This document shows, piece after piece, positions 29,151-62,809 of a DNA stretch of 64,000 nucleotides. Every line of letters begins with the position of its first letter. The stretch's first letter is position 1. Made by a program: the position numbers and the translations under genes. Below the pieces are notes generated by a model. It had not been told where the DNA came from. It ran no database searches and saw only the letters and a list, made by a program, of their open reading frames with translations. Source of the stretch: the human T2T-CHM13v2.0 reference genome, Homo sapiens. Location of the stretch: NCBI RefSeq assembly GCF_009914755.1, contig NC_060930.1. The stretch is one strand, 5' to 3'.

Positions 29151-29751
29151 CTAAGATTTTTTTTTTCTTCAAAACTGGTAATCTAAACTATTATGTGACT
29201 GAAAATTGATTTCTAGGTCTCTGCACAGTCCATTAACTTTATACTTTTAGTTTCCAAATCTATATATGCCACAAACCCCAAACATAAGCATCCACATATT
29301 TGTTCTGCATTTCCTCTGTCCATACTGGATTAGCAGAAGCATTAAGTGTTAGTGTGGCAAGATGGAAGGACCCTGATAACATGCCTCTGTAACCATATGT
29401 AAGAGTTCCATTTTAAAATTACAGACAACACAGAAATACTTCCGTATGACCCTCTCTGAAATGTGAACTTTTCAGGCATGTGAACAATAAAAACAAAATG
29501 CAGAAAATATTTCATGAAGCTGCCACTGAGCAATGCACCTTAAGACTTGCTTTCTTGGTTCCACTGTACCAATCTTTAGCATCACTTTTGACAGACATTA
29601 AGTCTACCAGTTCAGTACAAAAGCTTGCTTTTCTGATATCGCACCCTTCAGAAAGGCTATACCATCTGGGTTTAGATTAAGTAAGAACTGTCAGACTCTA
29701 CATTCATGAATTTAAGCAGCAGCCCCACAGCACTAAGAAGCTAAGTACTAA

Positions 29752-30171
<420 letters not shown>

Positions 30172-30360
30172 TAATACATAATTAAAACAAGTCCATGTTT
30201 TTTGTTTTTAGAAAAATGGGAGAAAAAGATCTTTAAAAGATGCTTTAGAACCATTCAATATCATTAGTGTTACTTTTGACTAAAGAGGACAAAGCAGCAC
30301 CTTAAACTGATATTCCAATTATTCTTCCCCACTACGCCCCCTCCTCCACACAGCACTCAC

Positions 30361-30565
30361 TGTTACACTGGTCACAAGCGTAGATTCTCCCTTCCAGGGC
30401 CTCTGTCTCTGTGAATTTGGCCAGCATCTCAGTGAGCAAGCACTCTGTTTGATTCAAAGGGACAAACCCCTTTTCTATGCAGTGATAGCGTTCAGGGAAT
30501 TCCAGGGATAGGTCCCAAAAGGGCTCAATGGTATTGGATTTGTAATTGCATGATATACATGTGAC
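30361..30565 (-). CDS. USP49: USP49 coding exon 2 (fingers subdomain with CxxC pairs)
   Basis: ctag|GTC..A|gtgagt, 205 nt; [24 protein letters not shown]...IYACDQCN. Confidence 0.97.
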
Positions 30566-31244
30566 CTAGAATGAAAAGATTGATTTACAGATTATATAAC
30601 TTCCATGCTTCCTGTGTACAGTTTTACTTGCTTCATAAAAGACACACTTTATCAAAACTAAGTGTATAATTTTCAAAAAATAGTAATATTAAAATAATAA
30701 ACATAACTTTAAAAGAATTAGAGTATATTATTTCTGATGTACATTTCTAACTATGGGATGCTAGCTGGAATTTAAAAACCATACTGCATAGAGACTATAC
30801 TAACCCCCCTTTTCACCTCTCCCAAAATATGCTCTACCATTCAATAGTACAGTAGTACAGACTGCAAGTTATCATGCAGTCACTCAAGGGATCAGTCTGA
30901 CACAGATTTGCAGGTCCCTGCCTGCTTCCCTCACCCTGGCATTCCTCCTCTTGACTTCAGACCTTCCATGGGGCCCAGCATGCCTCTCTTTTTGCCTTTG
31001 TTACTTGCAGAAGCCCTACACTGAACCCCTCTGTCTGCAGAGCCTCAAAGTGCTGTGATTAGACCTCCATTCCCACTATAACCTTCCCAGGTGCACCTTT
31101 CTTCCTAAGGGGAGGGGAGACAGAAGAAGTGCTGATAAATACTCCCCCTTTTACATGCTCAAAAACAAAAGCCTAATTAAACTTTCCCTTTCCATCCCAT
31201 TCATCATTCTTTCAAAGCCCTAAAAACCAAGACACATAGTGTAG

Positions 31245-31600
<356 letters not shown>

Positions 31601-32164
31601 CACACCTGCCTTTTTTTAACTATAGAAATACTCTTTCTGCATATTCTCGCAAGGCCCTGTCTAAGCATTTTTGCTTAGGTTACATGGCTAAAGATGCAGG
31701 AAATAAAAGGTAATGGGGAACAGGAAGGAGGCTTGCACTGGCCTTTAGCATGCTCCCAGCTACCTACCTTCCCTGTATGTAAAGAAGGGAGATTGCTCTT
31801 TCAAACTATTATGGAACCAGGGTTACAAGCAAACTCTGTTCCCTCAAATTGATCAAAGGATGGCACACCAACAATGGGTACTTAATTATAACAATGAGAA
31901 TATTATATTACCCCTATCTTCAATAACAATTAAAGATATTCACTGAAAATTAAGCGATGTGGCAAGTTAAACTAAAAATCTGGCCGGAAAGACACTAGGC
32001 AAGTTTCCCCAAAAGGCCATCATAATGTACAGCAGAATGAAAGGTATAATGGCCACCCTCCAAATTGCATAATCACAGCAAATGTGGGCTACTCTTATTA
32101 GCCCAATAACCCGGGGAAGGCACTCACAGGAAGCCCAAGCTAACATACAAGCCTCTCATTGTCA

Positions 32165-33541
<1,377 letters not shown>

Positions 33542-33978
33542 TTATAGAAGTCGCCACTTTCTCAACCTGGCACGACAGAGTCCCCAAAAAAGAAAAAGAA
33601 AAAGAAAACACTTTTAGAAAAATATTTTCCTTAAAAAAAAAAAAAAAAAGTAAAAGGCTTGCAATTGATATTTCAACTCTAGATTCATTCATTTTCAACT
33701 CCAAATTGGTTCCTTTGAAAGTTAAAAAAAGGCACATTTGGTATAAAGGCAGAGAGTTACAGGACAGTTAAATTACTTAAAAAGGAAGACTCTTACGGAA
33801 GGGTTAGCACAAATTTGAAACTTTATGGTGTTTCACATACCAGTGGGAGAGATGAAGAAACTCAAATAAAAAGTCAATTTTAGGTCGATTGCAATGTTTT
33901 TCAAAGCAGAGATAACATGATATAAGATAGAAATAAGAGAAAGAAAGTCCTCACCAGTACAAAGTATCATTTTTATGA

Positions 33979-37412
<3,434 letters not shown>

Positions 37413-37823
37413 GGTAGTTCCTCTTTCAAGGTGAATTTCTTTCACCTCCATTTATTCTCTACTTTTCATTTCTGTGAGCAAATGCAGTTTCATGATTATG
37501 AGGTCAACCCAGAGAAGTTCTAAATCCAATGTACTGTGAGTAGCCCCTTTAATTTTCCAGATGCCGTTTTTGGCCTAGTCCTATTTATGTGTGCCAAAAC
37601 CCACAAATAAATAAATATACTGCAGGACCAAATTAGAGATTCTTCCCTTTTTTATTGCCTGTTCCAGATGGCAGAGGCATGTCTTTATATAAGAAACCCT
37701 CAAATCATACAAAGGGAAGCGACCTAGACTACTCTCAATCAAGCCAGATCATGATTTTCTCATTGCTAAGCACCCTTTACATCATTTTTCTGGATGTGTT
37801 TGCCCACTTTCTAACAAGATATA

Positions 37824-38115
37824 CAGTAGCCTCCCTTTATACATGGTTTCACTTTCTGAGGTTTCGGTCACCTGTGGTGCAGTACAGTAAGATACTCCAA
37901 GAGACCACATTCACATAATTTTTATTACAGTATATTGTTGTAATTGTTCTATTGTATTATGTTATTATTACTGTGCCTCATTTAAAAACTAAACTTTATA
38001 GGTATGTATGTACAGGAAAAAAACATAGTATATATAGGGTTCGATACTATCTGTGGTTTCAGGCATCCACTGGGGGTCTTGAAACATATCCCCTAAGGAT
38101 AAGGGGGGAATACTG
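37824..38115. mobile_element. MER44-like Tigger MITE
   Basis: TA-CAGTAGCCTCCCTTTAT ... ATAAGGGGGGAATACTG-TA: terminal inverted repeats with TA TSD. Confidence 0.85.
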
Positions 38116-38637
38116 TAATCTTCTTCAGAGAGGAGATTATGTATATTTCTGTTTTTACCCCCTTATAATGCCAAGACTTGTGGGTGCTCAACTCTTAGTG
38201 GTCAAAAGTATTCTGTCAGAATTACCCTCTCACACAGTCTGGAATAGTATTGAAATAACCATTTTTGTTGATTTTTCTTAGTGCACAGCCAAATCAAAAC
38301 ACACATACATTAAAAGATGGAATAGTAAATAAATGAATTTTCTTCTTGCTACTTAGTACCAACTAAGGGTACAAATTGGGTACACATTGATGCTTACAAC
38401 TAATTCCTGGGACACAAAAGAAAGTAATGAAGGAATGAAGGGGAGGGAAAAATATCAAGATGCAGACAATTCCTGTTTCTCACTCTCACTAATTCAATAT
38501 TCTTTGAAAATGTAGTCCCTGAACTACCTACCAACATCTGAATTCCCCAGGCTACTTGTTATATATACAGATTTCCTGGTTACTACTCCAGTCCTGATGA
38601 ATCTGAACCTGGAGAGGCTTCTAAAATCTCAATGATT

Positions 38638-39267
<630 letters not shown>

Positions 39268-39354
39268 TTAATCCAGTAAATTGTATAGGGATAAAAGACT
39301 CTTCATAGAAATCAAAGAAAGAATTTTATTTCTCAAATTCTTCCACTTAGACTA

Positions 39355-39710
39355 ACACTGTCCAACAGAACTTTCTGCAATGATATATTCTCTATATATC
39401 AATGAGAGGGATATCAATATTTTCTATCTGTATATATTCTCTATGTATCATCAATCATATATATCACTGATATATTGAGACTATAGAGAATATATACAGA
39501 TAGAGAATTCATTATTATTACACATTATTATTGATAATATTCTCTATCTGAATATATTACAGTGCTGTCCAGTACTATAGTAACTAGTCACACGTGACTA
39601 CTGAGCACTTGAAATGTGCTAGTGAGACTAAGGGACTGCACTTTTAATTTTAATTAATTTTAAGTCACATGTGGCTAGTGGTTATGGTATTATATTAAGA
39701 CAGCATAGAC
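39355..39710 (+). mobile_element. MER3-like hAT element interrupted by an AT-rich quasi-palindrome
   Basis: CTGTCCAACAGAACTTTCTGCAATGAT ... TGAGCACTTGAAATGTGCTAGT ... CACATGTGGCTAGTGG. Confidence 0.8.
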
Positions 39711-41688
39711 TTAAACACACCAGGACACTATCTTTAGCTTGCTCTGCTTTGCTTTTTGTGTCCTTTCCTTCGAAAGATTCAGTACTAGCTAAATCACATC
39801 TGAATAGCCTCCTCTTACAACTCAAAACCTGATGCCTGGCAAATCCCCATTTTAGCCTTGATGTGTCTTCAGGAATTTAATTGCTACCAAGATCTTATCA
39901 TATGAAATACAGCAGAGCTTCAAATCCTACAAAGAGAGAATTATTTCTGTAAATGAATATAGCAACACCACACCCAGAACACTGATGCCTCGCAAAATCA
40001 ACTCCTCTGCTAAAAAAAAATATGCTGGAACAACCAAAAGCCAAAAGAGAAGAACACTAAAAAACCATTCCACATCCTCTCCATGGAGAGCTGTCAAATG
40101 AAAAGGGCACTTTGGAAATTCTTTCTTCTGATTTCATTTTCTGATCTATAAATCTGCTGATCACGCACATCCTCTCCTGCACAGCCCTTTTCCCATTACA
40201 AATTTGTCATGGCGACTCACTAACCTGCCATATGGGCAGAGTAAATCCATTCAGGAAAAACACAGGGCTACTTTGCACCTCACCATACTGATTTAAGCTA
40301 GGCAGACCAGCTTCTCTAGAGGAAAAACATGTATGATCATGAAATGGAAATCTCCTAAGAGTGACACAAAAGATAAAAGTCACCTTAACCAACAAACAAA
40401 ATAGAGAATAAAGAGAATACCACCTCAGGTATACTCGGGTCAAGAAAGAAGATGTGTTTAAGTCACCTCTCACACATACTCTGACCACTTTATTTCAGAA
40501 TAGGGCCTAGCACCCATTTGGCAAAAAGAGGAATTCTATTTTATATTTTTCTGATGTGTACAGGTTTCCCTTCGTATTCTCAAAGGCCATCATTCTAACA
40601 TTTCCACTTAAAATGTACATCATCCAGTGTGACAGGCACCTAGTACCCAAAACTGATAAACTTACAGGTAATTGGGAAAGAACATGATGTGTCTGAATAC
40701 TTCTACATCAGCAAGTTTTAAATAGATCAGCAGCTTTAAATAAATGTCCTGCACACCCTTGGTCGATCTGCATATGAGGAAAGTAAACCTGACAAAATAT
40801 CAGCTTTTGCCTTTTTAATTGCCGTAGTAGTTTTATTTTAAAAATCTGAATCAACTGGAGCTAAGAACCATAATCAATATTTAAAAGCATTCTATAAATA
40901 TCACTAAGTATTAAATGAAAAGATAATTAAATCTTTTCAACATTTATCTTTTGTTCTGATGAAAAACTTCTAGATTTATCATATAATTTTTTAAAAAACT
41001 CTCCATATGAGAGATGACAACATTAGGATTCTAAATATTTCAAAAAATCTATAGCTTGAAAATATGATGCCTTTTAATTGGAGTATTTCAATTATTCTCA
41101 AATAGCAAATTTCTCAGCAGGTCTTAACTATATAACTACATCATCAGAAATAAAATTTCTGGGGGTTGAAGGGGAATCAAGAAAAACAAAATAGGGGGAA
41201 AAAAAGAGGGTAAATCTAGAGAGAATTCCATTTCTTCTCGCTCTCTCATCATATTGATTTCTCCTCAGTTGTTAACTAAGGACCGTAGAATAATCCTGCT
41301 TGGTCTTGGTGAGACCAAGTGGCATAAATTCCAGCTTCAGAGAGTAGACACTATGGTAACATGCTGACAGCCTTCATTTACATAAAAGAATACTAATTAC
41401 GTGGTATCATCAACATCTGTGATTCTGCTCACTGCCATATGCGACAGTGCTGGGTATTTTAACCCTTTAACTTACTAAGTGTACCTAGAATTACATCTAC
41501 CACAAAACCTGCATAGACTGCTTAAAGAGACACAGTGAATACACATTTACAAATAATAAATGTTAAAAATGAATTTCATTTTCTGCCAGCATTTCCAAGA
41601 AGTATGGGAAAACATAATCTAATATCAATATATAGTTAAGAAAAAGATTTAAAAATCAAGCTAGAAATCAAAACAAAAACAAAAAGGG

Positions 41689-42014
<326 letters not shown>

Positions 42015-43251
42015 TTAGAGAAACTGTTCAGAAGTCCTTTGCTAAGGGACAGTGGGTGGGGGAAGAGATTGCTGAATGGGCAGTGTCCTCACAGGCTGCT
42101 GCATTTTCCCATTTTCCCTATCAGTGCCATTGTCTCTGAATAGGGGGTGGATGAGGGGTAACCTATAAGTCATAGTGCAGTTCAAAGACCCCCTGGAGAG
42201 GCTGAATTCTCTAAGAAGGGTTCGGAAGCTCTGACAAAATGTGTTCTTAGCTCTCTGACCCAAGAGCTGGAATGTCCACTTATGCAGCAGCTCTTGGCCA
42301 CAGTCAACAAGACCTGACATGCTAGGTGTGCCAGAGCCCTTGTGAGGTGTGCTATCACTCATTTGTCACCAGTAATCAAGTGCTGATATTCAAGAATGAG
42401 TGTCTAATCATAGGTTACAGCAGATGTAAGGTTATGCCAGCATGATAATAGCTCACTTGCATTAGGATCTGCTTTCTTCAATGAAAAAGGAGTAGAGTTC
42501 ATCTAGGGAACTGGGCCTGGCATACAACACTGGTTTGCCCATGGAAAGGGGCTATCCCTGTGGCCATGCAGGGAAATGACAAAGGCAGAACACCTGACGT
42601 GGCACAAATGCCTTGTTCCATACCCTCCGTACCTTCATCCTCTGCTCTCTTTTGTTTGCTTCCTTCCTCTTGCTACAAATATTCTCAAGTGTCTTCTGTC
42701 TAAAAAGAGAGAGAGACACACAGACAGACAGACAAGTTTGCCCTGCCTCTAGACTATCCTTGACACTATTTTTAGATTCTTTCTCCTTCTGGCAAGAGTA
42801 ATGTGCAGGTTCATCCTCCTCACAATTCACTCCTTAACACCTCCTTTTTGTAGAAACTGTTTTCTCAAAGGTCACTAGCAGTTTCCTTATAGCTAAATTC
42901 ATTAATCTTTTCTCAGTCCCCATCCACATTTTTTCTACACTTAACACTGCACAAACATTCTCTTGAATTTTAGACAACTGTTCTTGTCTGGTTTGCTTCC
43001 TGTGTCTGTAATTACATCTCTGTTTTCAGGTCTCCCTTCCTTGAAATTTAGGGTTTCCTTAAGGCTCCATCCTCAGCTCTCTTCTCAATTTTATCTATTT
43101 CCTAAAACTTTAAGCATCATTTAAATACAGGATTATATATTTTGATACTTTTTAAAAACTAAAAATTATTGGTAGTTTACATGCCATAAAATTCACTCAT
43201 GTAAAGTAAAAACCTGATAATTTTTAGTGTACTCACACAGAGTTCCACACT

Positions 43252-44472
<1,221 letters not shown>

Positions 44473-46149
44473 ACTCCCACACATACTTTTGAATCTCAGG
44501 TTGAATTTTCACATAATAATATCTGCTTTATGGTATACTACTATTAATGATATTTTCAGGATGAAACTACTGAACATGTTTTGTACTTTTTTGTTTGGTA
44601 GCAGTGATAATCCTATACTGAGCTATATATATAGTTTCATCCAGATCTCCTGGTGATCAAGATCTGTAAGATGACTGATGGGTGTTAAGGAGATGCCACC
44701 TGTGGTACAAAGCTAATAAGCAAGCTGGCCCTGAAGGGATCAGACTTTTTGATTAATTAACTTAATATTCTTGCTATAAGAGTTCTGTACCTAAAACCTA
44801 ACCCCTTTTCCAGGAGGATAGCTGACTGGAGGCAAGATGGCAAAAGAAGACTGGTCATATTAAATTCAAGGATTCTGAATACACTGGGAGAGCACGTGTA
44901 CACACACACACACATGCGCACACACACATGCACAGTCTTAGAAATGTTATCCTCAACTCTCTGCAGAGAAGTGGCAGCCAAAAGTGGATGAGAACCAGAT
45001 TGGCTGGGTAAGGATTAAGCTTCAGAGCTTAGTAGTTTGTGCTGCCTCCAGATCAAAGGGGCCTACTTGCTACAACCTGGTGAGGCCATTCATAGGGCTG
45101 ATGTTAAACAAGCATGACATGCATTTTGAGCCACCCCAGGATCCTGTCCCCAATTTGTCCCACTGCTTAGGCCCTGCTCAATAACAGTTCCCTCACTAAC
45201 CTGGGGAATCAGCTCTGTCCGCACCTTGGTCAGCTAACCCAACTTCCCTATGAATCCCAACACATGAATGTTCCAACCAATGGAAGAAAGATGTCACTCA
45301 CAGGCCAGAATTTTTCTTAAGCCAAGAAAGGATTATCCTGTGCAACAGAACCCCTGATCTCATTTGCTAACTCTTCCTGTTACTGAAGATAAGCATTATA
45401 CTCTGTCTTTAGCCATACTGTATATGTGATCCAATGGCACATAGATCAGCTCCATTAAGTGCAGCACATGTACAATGAGACTTACACAATGCAAACTACT
45501 TCCTGTGTGTCATTCTGCTTGGGATTACCACATTAGTATTAAGAGTCTCCCTAAAGGAAAGTGGGGATAAAAGTCTGTACAGAAATGAAAAGATTTCTTT
45601 TTTTAAAATATTTGTTGAGATTTTGTGCTTTTGAAATGGAACAGGAAATCAGGTGGGGAGAAGAGCCAGATACAAGGTCGGGTTCGGATAAATAAACCCC
45701 CAAACAGCATGTGGATATCTGCAAGCAGGTATTTAGAATATCTATACAATAAAACCTGTAAGGGGAAACCCAAAAGCCACTCAAAGTCTTTTGTTTTATT
45801 TTGTTTTGTTTTAGCATGATCTCCCTGACAAGCTAGTGATAAAACAAGGTCCGAACTAATGGCTCCCTGTTCTCTACTGCCACATGGGAAAATTTTATCC
45901 CTACCACTGAGAGAATCAGGATTTACCCTTCTAAAAGCTGACCAAAGGAATCATGGTTCATCCCTGTAGTATGCCTCTCTAACGCCATGTTCTCTACAGC
46001 AGCTAGACAGGCAATCATTAAAAAAATACATACATATATACATATCAAAGTGTATATATGTATATATGTCAGACTTTCTTGAATTGTACCCTTGACATAT
46101 GTGTGGTTTATGAAAATTATACCTCAGTACAGTTGTCAAGCATTATTCA

Positions 46150-47270
46150 AACACATACACAGATCTGAGTAATTTACTCCTAATAAAATAGGGGATGTAG
46201 GCAGTGGCTTCTTAAAAGTATTAGGTGAAAACTGACAGGAAATGTTATAATAGATGGATAAGGTTGACAATACCTAACTCTACTGATCAATTTTGCATGA
46301 AACTAGGGCAACTAGACCTCCCTGATTCAATGCCATGAAAGGTTCATAGCAGCATTACCTATTATAAAATACTCTTGCTAAAAGAACTGAGCCTGAGTCC
46401 AAGGAAGCCTTTGGATCTAACTACCAGGTTATAGGAAACATAGGAGCCAAGAACATACTATCATAGGCTGCAGTTAGCCAAATCACCAAATCGAAATGTG
46501 GCAAATGCTACAGGATCAGTCAGTCATATGGGTTCTTTAACAAATAAATGGCATGAAAAAAAGGCAAGTGGGAGTGGATTTGCTCCAGATTATCAGAAAC
46601 CTAGAGACACAGCAATCAAATGCAATCTGTGGTTCTTATTTAGATCCATACTTGAACAAACCAACCATAAAAAGATATTTTTGAGATAACTGGGGAAAAA
46701 TGTTTTAAAATACTGTCTGTATCTAGCTACATCATTAGTTTTTTTTTTTTTAAGTTTTATTGAGGTATAATTGACATACAGTGAGCTGCACATATTTAAA
46801 GTTTATAATTTGGTAAGTTTTAATATATGATATAGTTGTGAAACCACTGCAATTAAAACAATAAACACATCAGTCACCCCTAAAAGTTACCTTGTGCCCC
46901 TTTGTAACCCCTTCTTCCAGCTTCCCTCCCTACCACCACCCTTAGTCCACAACTAGAGAAACTGAACATGGACTAAGTATTAAATGACACCAAGTAATTA
47001 TTAATTTGATGTGATAATGGTGCTGTGGTTCCATTTTTAATCTTTGTATGTAGAAATACCTCTGATATATTTATAGGTGAAATATTAATATTATGATTGA
47101 TATATGGAATTTGCTTTGAAGTACTCCAGGAAAAAAAAAATAGTAGAAGGACAGAAAAAACAAGATTGTCAAAATGTCTATAATTGTTGAGGCTGGTTGA
47201 CAGGTACATGGAATTCATTATACTATTCTCTTTATTTTGGGGTATGCTTGAAATATAACATAAAAATATT
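46150..47270 (+). mobile_element. Old L1M 3'-end fragments with a nested antisense L1 piece at ~46740-46950
   Basis: Resembles L1MC/ME 3'UTR; TTTTATTGAGGTATAATTGACATACAG is an antisense L1M end. Confidence 0.6.
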
Positions 47271-47273
47271 TTT

Positions 47274-54292
<7,019 letters not shown>

Positions 54293-54594
54293 TTAAGTTG
54301 CATTACAAATAATTAAATCAGCTATCATTTATTGAACACTTACTACATCCAGGCACTGTTCTGAAACTTAATATATGTCATTTATTTTTCTCAACAATCT
54401 AATGAGGCAATAATTTCAACCCCATTTTAAACAAAATAAACAGGCTCAGAGAAGTAAAGAAACTTCTCCAAGGTTGCACTGCTGGTACATGGCTGAGCTG
54501 TGAGATGAATTACAAAGCTGGCTTACTCAAATTTGATTGACCACTCTCAGAATTTAAAATTTTTTAAATTTACATTTTCTAAATTACTAAAGTA

Positions 54595-56890
<2,296 letters not shown>

Positions 56891-57102
56891 GCTAAGTTCA
56901 GATGAAGATCCAAAAATCCTCCCAGTGATCACAGGTCTCCAAGTCTTGGGAAATTATGCCTTGGTAACCTAGTGTCTACTTTAACCCCTACAGAAATTCC
57001 ATATAAGTTTATACTTTTGAAAATAAATAAATAGTATGTTAATGACAGACAATGATGGAGCAAACAAAACAGATTTGCAACCAATTCAAATTTAGGAAAG
57101 CA

Positions 57103-58155
<1,053 letters not shown>

Positions 58156-59408
58156 TAGAGCTACCATTTTTGAAATAAACTAATCATTTTTCTTCACCAC
58201 TAACTCTCTTGAGCTTCTAAATCCATACTGCACATTAAACATTACTCCAAACTAAAATTAAAACCACCACCACAACAACCCATAACCTCCGCTTTTAATG
58301 GGCTGTCTGTATGATAAAGTCCAAGTTCCTCAGACAGACCTTCAAAAGTATCACATACAATCTGACCCCAAACAAGCTTCTCATATTATCTCCCACCCTT
58401 TCTTTGTGTCCAAACAACCAGATGGACTGGTCTACTCACTATTTCTTCAGACGTCCCAAGAACAGTCAATTCCTTGAGATGCTATCCTTCCTCTTCTGTA
58501 CTAACCCTCAAAAGCCAGCTTAGGTCCTGTCCTTTTTTAAAGGCTTTTCCTGACCATTCTACTACCCAGTGAATCTCTCCCTCAAAGAACACCTCATTGT
58601 TCACAGTCCTCAATTGTTTTATCTGGTTTACTAACCATAGTCCAAACTCCTTAAGGCAAAGTCTGTACTGTTTTTTTTTTACCATTCACCCCCTGCACAA
58701 GGCTCTTGATATAAAGAACTAAGAACTTGACCCCAAATCTTTCCTGGGCATCTTTTACTCATGTTACCTGATAGTCTTGATTTGTAATTCTAGGTGGAGC
58801 TGCTTCCCTTTGATAAATTAACTGAACAGAGACAATTATCTTCTGAAATTCTGTGATGATAGCTCATTTAACCTATTCTCTCCCAGTTCTAGCTCCTTTA
58901 CAGGGCACTATGTAAGACTATCATGCTTTCCTAGCTACATATGTATGTACTGGCAAATGCCTAAGTCCTAGTATAAACAAAATTGGGTATGTGCAGGCAA
59001 AAAAGTCAAATGTTTAAAAAGACTTGGCTTTCAATAAACAGCTCACACACATGGTGTGTTGCTTGCAAAGAGAAAAAACAAGCACGGTAAGGATGCCATT
59101 TTTAATGGCTCCCAAAAATATGACATACTTAAACGTGTTTTTTTCCAACTAGAAACCTGGTGTTATTATGAGGACTGGGTTGTTCAAGGATACCAGCGTC
59201 CATGAAAGGGTATTTTTGGCAAGCACTTTATCACTAGAAATTAGTCAAAAAAAAATTTTCTGAGCACTCGCCTACAATATACCAAACACTATGCTTTAGG
59301 TGTAGAAATCAGCCAAAACAAGATTAGGCAACATTACAAAAATATCAACTAACTAAAATGATTGACTAATTGGATGTCTTAAATCTTAAAACACTAGAAT
59401 AATTTAAT

Positions 59409-59870
<462 letters not shown>

Positions 59871-61007
59871 TTGACACAGTATTTCTGTAGTTCTATAGTT
59901 TCCTCATACTGTTCAGATTCATATAGTCTTCAATAGCAGCTAGAAAAAACTCACTAAGAATAAATATAATCAAATATTTCTTTTATTCTTTTGCTTCTCA
60001 GTAAATGTTTTCTCATTAATTCTCAGTAGAAATAATTTCAGAATTATAATAATAAAGTATTTAAGCACTGACAGGAAACGCTACTCCAATAACTTCTTCC
60101 ATACTCGAACAATTTTTGAAAGATTTTAGAAAAGTGATTCTAATTTGAAATTCAAATAGTGCAAATAAATCCATGTAAAATAACTATACCAAACCTTCTC
60201 TCTCAGTAGTTCTTATTGGTATGGGTAAAAATATAGGTTAAAATAAGGCAAAGGTGGACAAGATTATCACAGCATGTGTGTAAGATTTCTGAAATGTAAG
60301 AAGTAGTAGCAAGATTTCTGGACCCTAGAAAGGGCCAAATGATGAGGTTTGGGGTGATAGTACATTTGGAAAACCCTATTTATTAACCTAGTCCACACTA
60401 TTCAGCATGTGATTTCAAATCTGTCTTGGCAGTTTATCTACGAAGCTGTTGCTGAATTCTGCCCTTTTGGCAAAACACTTCCAATGTTGGTAAAGTGAGC
60501 ACAAAACTAGAAAACATGTTGAGTATATTAAGTGGGTCCACTTTGTTTAAAACTTTAAACAAAGCTTTCACCTGTACACATATTTGAATAGCTAAGAACA
60601 TTGAAACATGCACGCCCATCACTAGGAAGAAATCAAAGTAGGCAACTAAAGGAAATTTGTCCTATTTAAAGTTCTCATGAGTTCTTCTGCAGTATGGGGC
60701 ATTCTTGGGTCTCTGATGTCCTTGAGATGTCTGACCTATGATTCTCTAGTTAATAACTACCAATTCCATTCCTATGATACCCATACTTTACCTCACTCTA
60801 TCATAACATCGAGCACTGAGCACTATCTAAAAAGTCTCTCATGCTGTTGAGAAAATGGAAACAATGATTATACAATAATAACAGCAATAAAAATTAGTAA
60901 AGAACATCAAGTATCAGGTATTTTTCATATCTTCTCTAGTCCTAAAATGCCCAGACACTATTATCCCGATTTTATATATGAGGATCTTGAATATCAGAGA
61001 GGGTAAA

Positions 61008-61411
61008 TGATATGGTTTGGATCTGTGTCCCCACCAAATCTCATGTTGAATTGTAATCCCCAGTGTTGGAGGTGGGGCCTGGTGGGAGGTGACTGGATCA
61101 AGGGGGCAATTTCTCATGAATGATTTGGCACCATCCTCTTGAAGCTGTTCTTGTGATAGTGTGTTCTCACGAGATCCAGTTGTTTAAAAGTGTGTAGCAC
61201 CTCAACATTCTCTATTTTGCTCCTGCTCCAGCCATGTAAGATGTGCCTGCTTCCCCTTCACCTTCCGCCATGATTGTAGTTTCCTGAGGCCTCCCCAGAA
61301 GCAGATGCCACTATGCTTCCTGCAGAATCATGAGCTGATTAAACCTCTTTTCTTTGTAAATTACCCAGTCTCAGGTATTTCTTTATAGCAATGTGAGAAT
61401 GGACTAATACA
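61008..61411 (+). mobile_element. MST(A)-type MaLR solo LTR inserted in a MIR
   Basis: TGATATGGTTTGG...GGACTAATACA termini; 5-bp TSD GTAAA/GTAAG. Confidence 0.9.
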
Positions 61412-61986
61412 GTAAGTATTCTCAAGAACACTCACATAGAAAATAGCTGAGTCAAGGTTCCAGCTCAGTACTGCCTATCTTCAGTTTTTATAATATATGA
61501 TTGTATTCAAGAAATAGGAAAGAAAAAAATAATGTTAAGAGTAGAAGTGGAGAGATGGTAATAAGGAAAGAAGACTGATGATTCTTAAGGAGATGAATCA
61601 CTCTAAGCCCAAACCACCACTAGTCTTCAATCTGGGTCTCTACCCACCATCAAAGGGGCAATCATTAGGTTAGAGAACACAGCTTGCTTACCACTGGGTG
61701 CTGTGTCTTATATTTGCTTGGTATATCCCAGAGGGGAAAAGACTTAATAATGACTTTTGGATGGGTGGATGAGATGGAAGGATGACAAACGCACATTTAG
61801 CATGCAAAGGAGTCTTTAGCCAACTTAAACGAATGCTCATGCCATTAACATTTCCATTACAAGATTCTGAAATGCAGTCATGAAAGCCAATTTAATTGCA
61901 ATTTAGATTTGCTAGGTTAGTCAAGTATGGAAAATGGAAGGAATTGGGAAGTAAACACAACTGTTATTTTAAGAACTGGAAAATCT

Positions 61987-62650
<664 letters not shown>

Positions 62651-62809
62651 TATAAATTGAGTAAGAAAACAGTTAACAGACATAGGTAGAGTAAGCTGGA
62701 AGGGAGTTGAAAAAGAAGGGGGTTTTTTGGCTCATAGAGAACACTAGGTCTTTCTTCACAAAGCAGTACCCAAAGGCTCTGAAATAGGACACCCTGACCA
62801 CATAAAGAA

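Noticed and set aside
59890-60400. Further TAF1D-cluster snoRNAs next to the SNORA8 copy
   Set aside because: No match to my recollection of SNORA1 at the expected distance, so not a segmental copy of the cluster
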